Origin: Gemmatimonadota bacterium
GTDB taxonomy: Bacteria > Latescibacterota > UBA2968 > UBA8231
Assembly (NCBI GenBank): GCA_028875345.1
Contig: JAPPEG010000314.1
Location: 6,505-70,504 of the forward strand
Direction of reading: 5' to 3'
Length of the DNA: 64,000 nucleotides
The notes under the pieces are model-generated. The model had not been told where the DNA came from. It ran no database searches and was given only the letters and a program-made list of their open reading frames with translations. A program made the translations under genes and the position numbers. Of the stretch, positions 8,229 through 17,073 are shown one piece after another (the first letter of the stretch is position 1; each line of letters begins with the position of its first letter).

Positions 8229-10577
8229 ATGATCGAGAGACGCGGGATTTGCTGCGTGCTCACGGCCCTGTTCATCTGCGGTGTTAGCCATGCCGAAGAA
8301 ATCCGCTTTGACTCCCCGGCCGAGTGGGCGACTTGGGAGGTTCCGGTTGATATCGTCCAGTTTGCAGACGACGGCCCGCTGGAACTGAGGAAATTCCGCA
8401 AGGAGATCAACGCCACCCTCGATGCCCATCTTTTCACCCAGCCTACCCAGACTCGTGGCAAGGTCCAAGGGGGAATCTGGCAGGCCGGCTCCAATCCGAC
8501 GGCGGCCCGACGCATCATGGACGGCGATCTGGAGACGGTGTGGCGGCCTAGCCAAGCCGACGATTTGGTCGATTGGGTGGTGACCATTGACTTGGGGCGG
8601 CCCGTGCTAGCCGAGCGCATTCGCTTGGTGTTTCCCGACCGCGCAGGAGCGCGTCCTTTGCGGCAATTCAGCGTTTTCACGGCCAACGGTGCGCGCATCC
8701 AATCCACGGATGACGTCTTCAAATTCAACCAAGCCTTTCAGACAACCCAGCCCAACCAAGAGCAGGTCGTCGATATTGATCTAGTCGGCGAGCGCGACGT
8801 AACGCGGGTCATCGACGAAAACCTCGGGCTGGACCCAACCGCGCTAAATACCTTCCGCATGGTGCGCTTTGTGCGCGTGCGCGCCGACGAAAAAAGTGCG
8901 GATGCAGCTTTGGCCGAAGTGGAGGTGGTCGCCGCAGGCGACAACATAAGTCTCGGGGTTTTGGCGCGCGGCGGCAGCTTCGACAATGGACTTTTGGCGC
9001 GCGAGCCGCAGAATATGTTCGACGGCATCACCGATACGTACGGCAATATATTCACCGTCCAGAGCAAGGGCGGCTGGCGCGAGAGTGGGGTGTGGTGGTC
9101 GGTGGATTTAGGGGCGCTGTTCTGGCTCGACGAGGCATTCATCTACTGGCAGGATCGCGGCGAGGGCCTGTCGAGCTTCCTGTTCGAGGGATTGCAGGCT
9201 GGTTCTGGATACCAAATTCTCTTTTCCGATGGGCGGCGAACCATTGCCGGCGATATCGACTACACGCCGCTGATCTTCGAGCCAAGGCCAGTCGGCGCAG
9301 AGTGGAACTTGCGCCACCATCGCTACGCGTTTGCGCCGCGCAAAATTCGCTACTTATTCTGGCATTCGCTGACCGACACAGGCTGGTTTTCTCACCCCAT
9401 GGAGTTGATGCTTTTCTCGCCGGGCTACCCCGCGCAAGTGGTGTTGCTCTCGGACTTTATCAACCTCGGCCAACTCGCTGGCGATGGCCGCGCCAAGGCC
9501 ATCAAGCGCTTGCGCTGGGAGGCAACCACGCCGGATCAGACGCGGTTGCAGGTGCGCTCGCGGTCGGGCAATACTCTGCAAGAGTTCTATACTTTCTACG
9601 ACAAAAAGGGTGAGGAAGTCACCGAGACGCGCTACGGGAGCCTGCCCAAAGTCATCCGTGGCCCCATTGACACCACGGTCGTCGTAGGAGCCGATTGGGG
9701 TCCATGGAGCAATTTCTACCAGTTTTCGGGCGAGGCGTTTAAGTCGGAGACGCCGCGCCGTTTTATCCAGTTGGAACTGATTCTCTCCACCGAGGCTCCG
9801 GCGGTCGCGCCGGTGTTGCACGCGCTGGCGCTGGATTTTGAGGATGCGCTGGTCTCCCAGGCAGCCGGACAGATTGCGCCGCGCCACGCCGTTCCTAACG
9901 AGGCGATGCAGTTTACGTATGTGCTGCGGACGAGCACTACCGAAGGCGATACGGGCTTTGACCGGCTGCGCTTTTCCACGCCGAGCGCAGTGGATGCCGC
10001 AAATGTGCGGCTGTGGATCAGCGGCGTGGAACGCGAGGCGAGCGCGGTGCGCGTGGTGGGGGATTCGCTATTATTCGTCGATTTGCCGGAGGTGGTGCGG
10101 ACGGACTCTGTCGCCGTGGAGTTTACCACGAAGGTATTGCACAATGCCACGGTTTTTGCCGCTGACTTAGGTCAGGAAGCTCGTCCAGATCTGTGGCAGT
10201 CGGTCGAGGCGGCTGAGCGGCAAGCGAACTTGGTATTTTTGCCGGACCTACCCGGCAGTGAGCGGCTGATTGGCGATTTGCAGATTGCGCCGTTGGTATT
10301 TTCGCCCAACGGCGATGGGATCAACGACCACGTGCAGATACGCTTTGCGCTGTTCAAGGCGGTGGATGTGTCTCCAAGCGTGCGCATTTTCGACTTGGCG
10401 GGTCGAGAAGTGATGGCTCTTGCTTCGTCGGGAGGGGATGTGTTGCAGTCGTTTAGTTGGGGCGGATTGGATGCGTCGGGTGAGCGGGTGGTGCCTGGGG
10501 TTTACGTGTGCCGCATAGACGCGGGAGCCGACGCTGGACAGGGAGAAGTAATGCGCACCCTAGCCGTAGCCTATTGA
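8229..10577 (+). CDS. Secreted double discoidin-like protein with T9SS type-B-like CTD (paralog C)
   Basis: I chose the start at 8229 (MIERRGICCVLTALFICGVSHAEE) by alignment with the paralog D signal peptide; the track ORF begins at 8181. It has the same discoidin blocks. The C-terminus is FSPNGDGINDHVQIRF..WGGLDASGERVVPGVYVCRI..LAVAY. Confidence 0.8.
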   Translation: MIERRGICCVLTALFICGVSHAEEIRFDSPAEWATWEVPVDIVQFADDGPLELRKFRKEINATLDAHLFTQPTQTRGKVQGGIWQAGSNPTAARRIMDGDLETVWRPSQADDLVDWVVTIDLGRPVLAERIRLVFPDRAGARPLRQFSVFTANGARIQSTDDVFKFNQAFQTTQPNQEQVVDIDLVGERDVTRVIDENLGLDPTALNTFRMVRFVRVRADEKSADAALAEVEVVAAGDNISLGVLARGGSFDNGLLAREPQNMFDGITDTYGNIFTVQSKGGWRESGVWWSVDLGALFWLDEAFIYWQDRGEGLSSFLFEGLQAGSGYQILFSDGRRTIAGDIDYTPLIFEPRPVGAEWNLRHHRYAFAPRKIRYLFWHSLTDTGWFSHPMELMLFSPGYPAQVVLLSDFINLGQLAGDGRAKAIKRLRWEATTPDQTRLQVRSRSGNTLQEFYTFYDKKGEEVTETRYGSLPKVIRGPIDTTVVVGADWGPWSNFYQFSGEAFKSETPRRFIQLELILSTEAPAVAPVLHALALDFEDALVSQAAGQIAPRHAVPNEAMQFTYVLRTSTTEGDTGFDRLRFSTPSAVDAANVRLWISGVEREASAVRVVGDSLLFVDLPEVVRTDSVAVEFTTKVLHNATVFAADLGQEARPDLWQSVEAAERQANLVFLPDLPGSERLIGDLQIAPLVFSPNGDGINDHVQIRFALFKAVDVSPSVRIFDLAGREVMALASSGGDVLQSFSWGGLDASGERVVPGVYVCRIDAGADAGQGEVMRTLAVAY

Positions 10578-10579
10578 GG
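9381..10579 (+). repeat. Direct repeat copy 1 (3' half of paralog C)
   Basis: Collinear and indel-free with 11767-12965. Spot-checked stretches (e.g. 9467-9570 against 11853-11956) differ at only a few positions per 100 nt. Confidence 0.85.
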
Positions 10580-10593
10580 TAGGTTAGAGCGGT

Positions 10594-12963
10594 ATGATGC
10601 AGAGAAAACACAGGGTTTGCCATTTGCTCTTGGGGCTGTTCATCTGCGGTGTGAGCCGGGCCGAGGAGGTCCGCTTCGACACCCCTTCCGAGTGGGCGAC
10701 TTGGGAATTTCCGGTGGACATAGTCCAATTTGCAGACGACGGTTCGCTGAAGTTGAAGAAATTCCGCAAGCAGATCAACGCGACCCTCGACGCCCACCTC
10801 TTCACCCATCCTTCTAAGAAGCGCGGCGAGGTCGAAGGCGGAATATGGCGCGCCGGCAGCAATGAGGCGGACGCACCCAAGCTCATGGATGGCGATCCGG
10901 CGACCTATTGGCAGCCCGATGTAGCAGACCAGCTCGTTGATTGGTCGGTCGATATCGACTTGGGTCGGCCGGTGCTGGCGCGGGAGATCAAGCTGATATT
11001 CCCCGACCAAGAGGGCGCTCGGCCTTTGCGGCAATTTAGCGTCTTTATCACGCAGGGTGCCCGGATCCAAGCGCAAGACGACGTGTTCCGCTATCGCAAG
11101 ATCTTCCAGACGACCAAGCCCAATACCGAGACTACCATTGCGATTCCGCTGCTAGGTAGTGCGCTGGATACTACGCGGGTGCTCGACGCGGATAGAAGCG
11201 TTGATTTGAATGCCGAGCAGGACTTCCAAATGGTGCGGCTGATCCGCATCGTCGCCGATGAAAAGAGTCGTGATGCAGCCTTAGCCGAAATAGAGATCCT
11301 TTCCCAAGGGGACAACGTTAGCTTGGGGACCTTGGAACGAGGTGGGCGCTTTGAACACGGCCTGCTGGCGCGTGAGCCGCAGAACATGTTCGACGGCAAT
11401 ATGGACACCTTCGGCAATATTCTCACCTCGGGGGGGACCAAGGGCGGCTGGCGCGAGGGCGGGCTGTGGTGGCAGGTGGATTTGGGGGCGCTGTTCTGGA
11501 TCGATGAGCTATTTATATATTTTAAAACTCGGGGTGAGGGCACGTCGAGTTTCTTGTTTGAACGCCTGCATCACGGGCGCGGCTACAACATCTTGTTCTC
11601 GGACGGACGGCTCACTACCGGCGGGGATTTGGACTTGACCTTCCTGCTGCGCGAGGACATGGCCATTGACGCGGCGTTAGCATCCGCGCGGCTAGTCCGC
11701 CACATTCGCTATCTTTTTGAACCGCGCAAGATGCGCTACATCTTCTGGCACGGCCACGAGGACCAAGGTTGGTTTTCGCATCCAATGGAATTTATGCTCT
11801 TTTCGCCGGGCTATCCGGCGCAGGTGATGTTGCGCTCGGACTTTATCGATCTCGGCCAACTCGCTGGCGATGGCCGCGCCAAAGCCATCAAGCGCTTGCG
11901 CTGGGAGGCGACCACGCCGGATCAGACGCAGTTGCAGGTGCGCTCGCGGTCGGGCAACGTCCTGCAAGAGCTATACACGTTCTACGACAAAAAGGGCGAG
12001 GAAGTCACCGAGACGCGCTACAACAGTTTGCCCAAAGTCATCCGCGGCCCCATTGACACCATGGTCGTCGTGGGAGCCGATTGGGGTGCGTGGAGCAACT
12101 TCTACCAGTTTTCCGGCGAGGCGTTTAAGTCGGAGACACCGCGCCGTTTTATCCAATTGGAGCTGATTCTCTCCACCGAGGATCCGGCTGTCGCGCCGGT
12201 GTTGCACGCGCTGGCGCTGGATTTTGAGGACGCGCTGGTGGCGCAAGCGGCTGGGCAAGTTATGCCGCGTCATGCTGCACCTAACGAGGCGACACAGTTC
12301 ACATACACGTTGTGGACGAACGCGGCCGAAGGCGACTCGGGCTTTGACCGGCTGCGCTTTTCCTCGCCGAGCGCGGTGGATGTAGCGGATGTGCGATTGT
12401 CGATCGGCGGCGTGGAACGCGAGGCGAGTGGGGTGCACGTGGAGGGGGATTCGCTGCTGTTCGTAGATTTACCGGAGACGCTGGGGACGGATTCCGTCGC
12501 TGTGGAGTTCACCACTAAAGTGCTGCGCAACGCCACGGTCTTTGCTGCGGATTTGGGGCAAGAAGCTCGTCCCGATCTGTGGCAGTCAGTGGAAGCGACC
12601 GAGCGGCAAGCGAACTTGGTGTTTCTGCCGGACTTACCCGGCAGTGAGCGGCTGATCGGCGATTTGCAGGTTGTACCGCCGGTGTTTTCGCCCAATGGCG
12701 ATGGGATCAACGACCACGTGCAGATACGCTTTGCGCTGTTCAAGGCGGTGGATGCGTCTCCGAGCGTGCGCATTTTCGACTTAGCGGGGAGGGAAGTGGC
12801 AGCGCTGATGTTGTCTGGTGGAGATGTGTTGCGGTCGTTTAGTTGGAATGGATTGGATGGGTCGGGTGAGCGGGTGGCACCGGGCGTATATGTGTGCCGG
12901 ATTGACGCGGGTGCCGACGCCGGTCAGGGAGAAGTAATACGCACCATAGCCGTAGCCTATTGA
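10594..12963 (+). CDS. Secreted double discoidin-like protein with T9SS type-B-like CTD (paralog D)
   Basis: Signal MMQRKHRVCHLLLGLFICGVSRAEE. The C-terminal ~400 aa are about 90% identical to paralog C, while the N-terminal half is much more diverged. Confidence 0.8.
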   Translation: MMQRKHRVCHLLLGLFICGVSRAEEVRFDTPSEWATWEFPVDIVQFADDGSLKLKKFRKQINATLDAHLFTHPSKKRGEVEGGIWRAGSNEADAPKLMDGDPATYWQPDVADQLVDWSVDIDLGRPVLAREIKLIFPDQEGARPLRQFSVFITQGARIQAQDDVFRYRKIFQTTKPNTETTIAIPLLGSALDTTRVLDADRSVDLNAEQDFQMVRLIRIVADEKSRDAALAEIEILSQGDNVSLGTLERGGRFEHGLLAREPQNMFDGNMDTFGNILTSGGTKGGWREGGLWWQVDLGALFWIDELFIYFKTRGEGTSSFLFERLHHGRGYNILFSDGRLTTGGDLDLTFLLREDMAIDAALASARLVRHIRYLFEPRKMRYIFWHGHEDQGWFSHPMEFMLFSPGYPAQVMLRSDFIDLGQLAGDGRAKAIKRLRWEATTPDQTQLQVRSRSGNVLQELYTFYDKKGEEVTETRYNSLPKVIRGPIDTMVVVGADWGAWSNFYQFSGEAFKSETPRRFIQLELILSTEDPAVAPVLHALALDFEDALVAQAAGQVMPRHAAPNEATQFTYTLWTNAAEGDSGFDRLRFSSPSAVDVADVRLSIGGVEREASGVHVEGDSLLFVDLPETLGTDSVAVEFTTKVLRNATVFAADLGQEARPDLWQSVEATERQANLVFLPDLPGSERLIGDLQVVPPVFSPNGDGINDHVQIRFALFKAVDASPSVRIFDLAGREVAALMLSGGDVLRSFSWNGLDGSGERVAPGVYVCRIDAGADAGQGEVIRTIAVAY

Positions 12964-12965
12964 GG
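11767..12965 (+). repeat. Direct repeat copy 2 (3' half of paralog D)
   Basis: Same as copy 1, at an offset of exactly 2386 nt. Identity extends 2 nt past both stop codons (TATTGAGG). Confidence 0.85.
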
Positions 12966-12971
12966 AATGCC

Positions 12972-14855
12972 ATGACTGTCGCTCCAGCCGTGTACCGCGA
13001 TCAGAAGTGGATCATCTCGCCCTTTGGCGACCTGTTCTTTTTTATAGGTACGCCACTTTTGTGCTTGGTGACCATGCTGCCATTGCGAGCCGTGTTCGAC
13101 TCGCAGACTATCGCCTTCTACGCGCTGGCACTGTTTGCCACCGGCCATCACTTGCCGGGCTTTATGCGCGCATACGGCGACCCAGATCTATTCAGCACCT
13201 TCAAGGAGAAGTTCCTCGTCGCGCCTATCGTCGTGCTCATCGTGACGGCGCTGGCGCAATTCAATACCCTGCACGGGCTTTTCCTAATGGTGCTAGTGTG
13301 GGAGATCTGGCACCTGTTTATGCAGCACTACGGCATCATGCGGATCTACGATGCTAAAAACAAGATCTTCTCCAAGCTCGACGCCCGGCTCGACTGGCTG
13401 TTGACCTTGTGTGCCTTTGCAACGGTGGTCATCTATAGCCCCGAATACTTCCATCGCATCCTCGACCACAACCAGCGGGTCGGCGTGCCCTTCCTGTCGG
13501 CCGAATTGACGTTCCTGCTCAAAAAAGTGCTGTTCTATGTTACTATGGCCGTGCTGGCGGCGTACTTGGCCAACATCGTCCGGCGGGCGATTACCGGTCA
13601 GAAGATAAGCCTGCCAAAAATCGCGGTGATGGCGACCACGGTGTTTATCATTTACTACGGCTGGATACACATCAACGACCTAGTCATCGGCTACGCGGCC
13701 TTTGCCGTTTTTCACGATATCCAGTACTTCGCCATCGTCTGGGTCTACAACAACAACCTCGTCAAAAGGCAGGAGCGCACTACCAAGCTCCTGCGCACCT
13801 TCTTTACTACGCGCACCTTGCCGATACTGGTCGCGTACGTGCTGGTGTGCTTCGCCTACGGCAGCATCAACATGATGGAGGGCTTCCTCAAGTCCGAGCA
13901 GGCGATCAAAATGGTCGAGATCTTCGTCATCACCTCGACGCTTTTGCACTACTATTTCGATGGGTTTATCTGGAAAATCCGCGACCGCAAAAACCAAGCC
14001 AATCTGGGGATCAACGCCGAGGAAGGGTCCAACCGCATTGGATTGCAGACATTGCCGAGCGGCTTGGTCTCGTACTTCCGCGAAACGGGCCGACAGTTGG
14101 CCTATTTCGCAGTGCCGGTGGTGGCACTCTCGCTTTTCCAATTTTACTGGACGGCCGACGAGGCCGAGGCGCGGGAAAAGATGGTCGAATTGTTCCCGGA
14201 CTTGGCTGGTGCCCACAACAACCTCGGCGTCTTCTATGCGCGGCAGGGTGACTGGGAAAGGGCTGCTGGCGAGTATCAGCGGGCGCTAGAGCTAGATGCG
14301 GGGGCCTATGAGGCACACAAAAACCTCGGTTTACTCTACGCGCGACGGGGGCGACGGGGCGATTGGGAAAAGGCGCATATGCACTACCAGCAGGCGATTG
14401 ACCACAAGCCGCGCTACGTCGAAGCGCTCAACGCGCAGGGATTGATCTTTTTGCAGCGGGGCGAGTTCACGAGGGCAGAAGAACGCTTCCGCGAGGCCCT
14501 TGATGAGTTCGACTACGCCCCAGCGTACAACAACCTCGGTACGGCCTATTTGCATATGGAGAACTTGCCGGCGGCGATCGACGCCTACCAAAAAGCCGTC
14601 GCGCTCGACCGGGCCGACGCCTCGCACCACTTCAACTTGGGGTTGGCCTTGCAGAAGGCCGGAGAGAACGAGCAGGCGGTCGCCGCGTTTGCCTCGGCGC
14701 TCTCTTTGGAGCCTCGCCACGTCAAAGCTTATTTGAGCATGGCGCTTTCTTACCAGCGATTGGGCCACATTGCCGAGGCGCGGCAGGCGTTGCAGCAGTT
14801 ATTGGCGGTGGACCCGAACCATGCCACGGCGGCGCGGCTATTGGCCCGGTTGTAA
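12972..14855 (+). CDS. Polytopic membrane protein with conserved His motifs fused to a C-terminal TPR domain, function unknown
   Basis: The ATG at 12972 lies 5 nt after GAGGAA, which overlaps the stop of paralog D. About 9-10 hydrophobic segments carry the motifs GHHLPGFMRAYGD, WEIWHLFMQHYG, FHDIQYFAIVW and HYYFDGFIWKIR. These are followed by TPR units (AHNNLGVFYARQGDWERA, AYNNLGTAYLHMENLPAA, etc.). Confidence 0.7.
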   Translation: MTVAPAVYRDQKWIISPFGDLFFFIGTPLLCLVTMLPLRAVFDSQTIAFYALALFATGHHLPGFMRAYGDPDLFSTFKEKFLVAPIVVLIVTALAQFNTLHGLFLMVLVWEIWHLFMQHYGIMRIYDAKNKIFSKLDARLDWLLTLCAFATVVIYSPEYFHRILDHNQRVGVPFLSAELTFLLKKVLFYVTMAVLAAYLANIVRRAITGQKISLPKIAVMATTVFIIYYGWIHINDLVIGYAAFAVFHDIQYFAIVWVYNNNLVKRQERTTKLLRTFFTTRTLPILVAYVLVCFAYGSINMMEGFLKSEQAIKMVEIFVITSTLLHYYFDGFIWKIRDRKNQANLGINAEEGSNRIGLQTLPSGLVSYFRETGRQLAYFAVPVVALSLFQFYWTADEAEAREKMVELFPDLAGAHNNLGVFYARQGDWERAAGEYQRALELDAGAYEAHKNLGLLYARRGRRGDWEKAHMHYQQAIDHKPRYVEALNAQGLIFLQRGEFTRAEERFREALDEFDYAPAYNNLGTAYLHMENLPAAIDAYQKAVALDRADASHHFNLGLALQKAGENEQAVAAFASALSLEPRHVKAYLSMALSYQRLGHIAEARQALQQLLAVDPNHATAARLLARL

Positions 14856-14868
14856 GCGGTGGTCCTGC

Positions 14869-17043
14869 CTAATGACGATGCGCTTGGTGGCCTTCGGTCG
14901 CTAGCGCGAGGGGATAGACGTCCAAACGTTCTAGGGCCGTAGCATCTTCGCGAATCCGGTACACCCCATTGACCGGCACGTTTGTAAAGGTCTGCACCGT
15001 GCCCGACGGCCAGTGCAAAGTCAGCTCGTCGAGTACTTCAGCTTCCCCCAATCCGATCTCCTGTTGTAAGGTCGAAGCCCCAAAACTCGCGCCCGTGCCG
15101 ACGAGGATGTGAATCGTCCGCGTCCCAGCGTGGGCTTGAATCCGCGTCCCAATCCCGGCTCGATTCGACTTGGTCCCCTCTAGTTTGAGGGTGATCCAAT
15201 GGTTGCCGTGCCCGGGGTTTTCAAAGAGCACGTTGGTGTACACGTCTCCCGAATAGGCTCCACCGACCACCGCATAGATGTCCTGATCGCCGTCGTTGTC
15301 GATATCGCCGAAGGCTACGCCGTGCCCTTTTTGCAGGTGTCCGAAGCCACCGGAGGTAGTTACATCTTCAAAGCGCTGACCCGAGGCGTTGCGGAACATG
15401 CGGTTGGGCATCAGCGAACGGTAGTCGGGGTCGCCGGTGCCAGCGTAGAAATCGAGCCAGCCGTCGTTGTCGAGGTCGCCGAAGTTGCAGCCCATCGTAT
15501 AGAGGACCTTGTCACTGTGGGTCTGTCGGGCCATGTCGGCGAAGGTGCCGTCGCCTTGGTTGCGATAGAGGCGAGGCGGCTCGCCTTTGTGTGGTAGGCC
15601 CATGTAGTCGGCGGCGACATCGCCAGCGTCGGCCTTGTAGCCGGAGACGAACAGGTCCAGCCAGCCGTCGTTGTCGTAGTCCCAAAACCACACCGGAAAG
15701 CTGAACGTCGGCTGACCCACGCCAGCGCGGGCGGTTATATCGGAGAAACGCCAGCGGCCATTGGCGTCTGGCCCATCGTTGTGGAAAAGTAGATTGGGCT
15801 GTCCGAGGCGGGAGATGTAGAGGTCGGGCCGGCGGTCGTTGTCGATGTCTCCCCAAGCCACCCCTTTGACGAAGCCATCGACGTCTAAGCCGACTTCTGC
15901 TGCCACATCAATAAAGGTTCCGTCGCCTTGATTGCGGAACAATTCGCAGGGATGTTGCTCTTGGGCGGAGGATTCGTTGCCCACGAATAGGTCGAGCCAA
16001 CCGTCGTTGTCAAAGTCGGCCCAAGCCGCGGTCTGCGTTGGGTGCAACGTGAGCAGCCCAGCCGCCTCGGTTACATCGGCGAAGGTACCGTCGCCTTGGT
16101 TGCGCAATAGCGAGTTGGGATGGAGGCCGTCGGCACCAAACCAGCCACCGCGCAAGACCAGTACATCGGCAAAGCCGTCGTTGTCAAAGTCCGTCTGCAC
16201 GGCGTTGAGACCGCCGACTAGGCCGGTCAAACCAGCGGCGGCGGTGCGCTCGGCGAAGGTGCCGTCGCCTTGGTTGCGGAAGTAGCGCAGTGGATCGTCG
16301 AGACCCCAAGAAGTGGCGATGATGTCGAGGAAGCCGTCGTTGTCAAAGTCTTCCATAATGCCGCCTCCGGCCAAGCCGAGGACATTCAATCCTAGGGCAT
16401 CAGCTCGGTCGGGGAAGTGGCCAATATCGGCGTCAGCGACGAAGACCTCTGGGGGAATGAGATGGGCGGCTGGCACTTGGTGTGGATACTCACCCACGGT
16501 CATGTAGGCGATGTTGAGCAACCAGCGCGAGGTCAGGTCGTAGGGCGTTTTTTCCAAGATTGTGCGGTAGTAAGCGATGGCCGCCCGCGATCCCTCCTGC
16601 GCCTTATGGACTCCCTCGGCTGCGATGGGCAGCAGGCAAGAGGCGAGGTTGTGATCGTCGATGCAGTTTTGCTGCTCGCCGAGCCGCAAATAGGCGAGCG
16701 CGATCATCTCTTCAAGGCTCGGTCGGGTGCGGAAGCGGTGGACGGCAGCTTGCTCGCGCACCTGCTCGAACAGGGTGGCTGCCTCGGCGGATGCACCGGA
16801 GCGCAACAACTCTTTGGCCAGTTCGACCTGTCGGCTGAGCTGTTGCACGGGATCGTCTGGCTCGGACTGGCGGCGCAGCCAGTCAACGCGGCGCTGGCTC
16901 AAATAGATGTTGTCCTCGGCGTTGGCCTGAGCAGCGAGGGCGTCGAGTTGCTCAGCCATGCGCTGAGTGCCGGGAGCCTGATAGGGATCGGCAGTGCAAC
17001 TCGCTAGCGCGAGGGCCAAGAAGGCGATGGCGCAGGGGTTCAT
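14869..17043 (-). CDS. CRTAC1-family lipoprotein (N-terminal TPR-like region, FG-GAP/VCBS repeats, ASPIC/UnbV C-terminus)
   Basis: Lipobox LALASC. Seven repeats of the type FDNDGFLDI, FDNDGFADV, FDNDGWLDLFVGN, DIDNDRRPDLY, DYDNDGWLDLFVSG, DLDNDGWLDFY, DIDNDGDQDIY. The C-terminus GHGNHWITLKLEGTKSNRAGIGTRI..LHWPSGTVQ is typical of UnbV_ASPIC. Confidence 0.8.
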   Translation of the reverse strand: MNPCAIAFLALALASCTADPYQAPGTQRMAEQLDALAAQANAEDNIYLSQRRVDWLRRQSEPDDPVQQLSRQVELAKELLRSGASAEAATLFEQVREQAAVHRFRTRPSLEEMIALAYLRLGEQQNCIDDHNLASCLLPIAAEGVHKAQEGSRAAIAYYRTILEKTPYDLTSRWLLNIAYMTVGEYPHQVPAAHLIPPEVFVADADIGHFPDRADALGLNVLGLAGGGIMEDFDNDGFLDIIATSWGLDDPLRYFRNQGDGTFAERTAAAGLTGLVGGLNAVQTDFDNDGFADVLVLRGGWFGADGLHPNSLLRNQGDGTFADVTEAAGLLTLHPTQTAAWADFDNDGWLDLFVGNESSAQEQHPCELFRNQGDGTFIDVAAEVGLDVDGFVKGVAWGDIDNDRRPDLYISRLGQPNLLFHNDGPDANGRWRFSDITARAGVGQPTFSFPVWFWDYDNDGWLDLFVSGYKADAGDVAADYMGLPHKGEPPRLYRNQGDGTFADMARQTHSDKVLYTMGCNFGDLDNDGWLDFYAGTGDPDYRSLMPNRMFRNASGQRFEDVTTSGGFGHLQKGHGVAFGDIDNDGDQDIYAVVGGAYSGDVYTNVLFENPGHGNHWITLKLEGTKSNRAGIGTRIQAHAGTRTIHILVGTGASFGASTLQQEIGLGEAEVLDELTLHWPSGTVQTFTNVPVNGVYRIREDATALERLDVYPLALATEGHQAHRH

Positions 17044-17073
17044 AAGGGTATAGGTCGGAAGATTAGACGATTT

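Noticed and set aside
3806-8728. Several 230-290-aa minus-strand ORFs (3806-4687, 5602-6294, 7853-8728) inside the discoidin paralog genes
   Set aside because: They are antisense shadows of well-supported plus-strand genes. Their compositions are Arg/Gly/Ala/Pro-rich and typical of off-frame GC-rich translation, with no start context or motifs.
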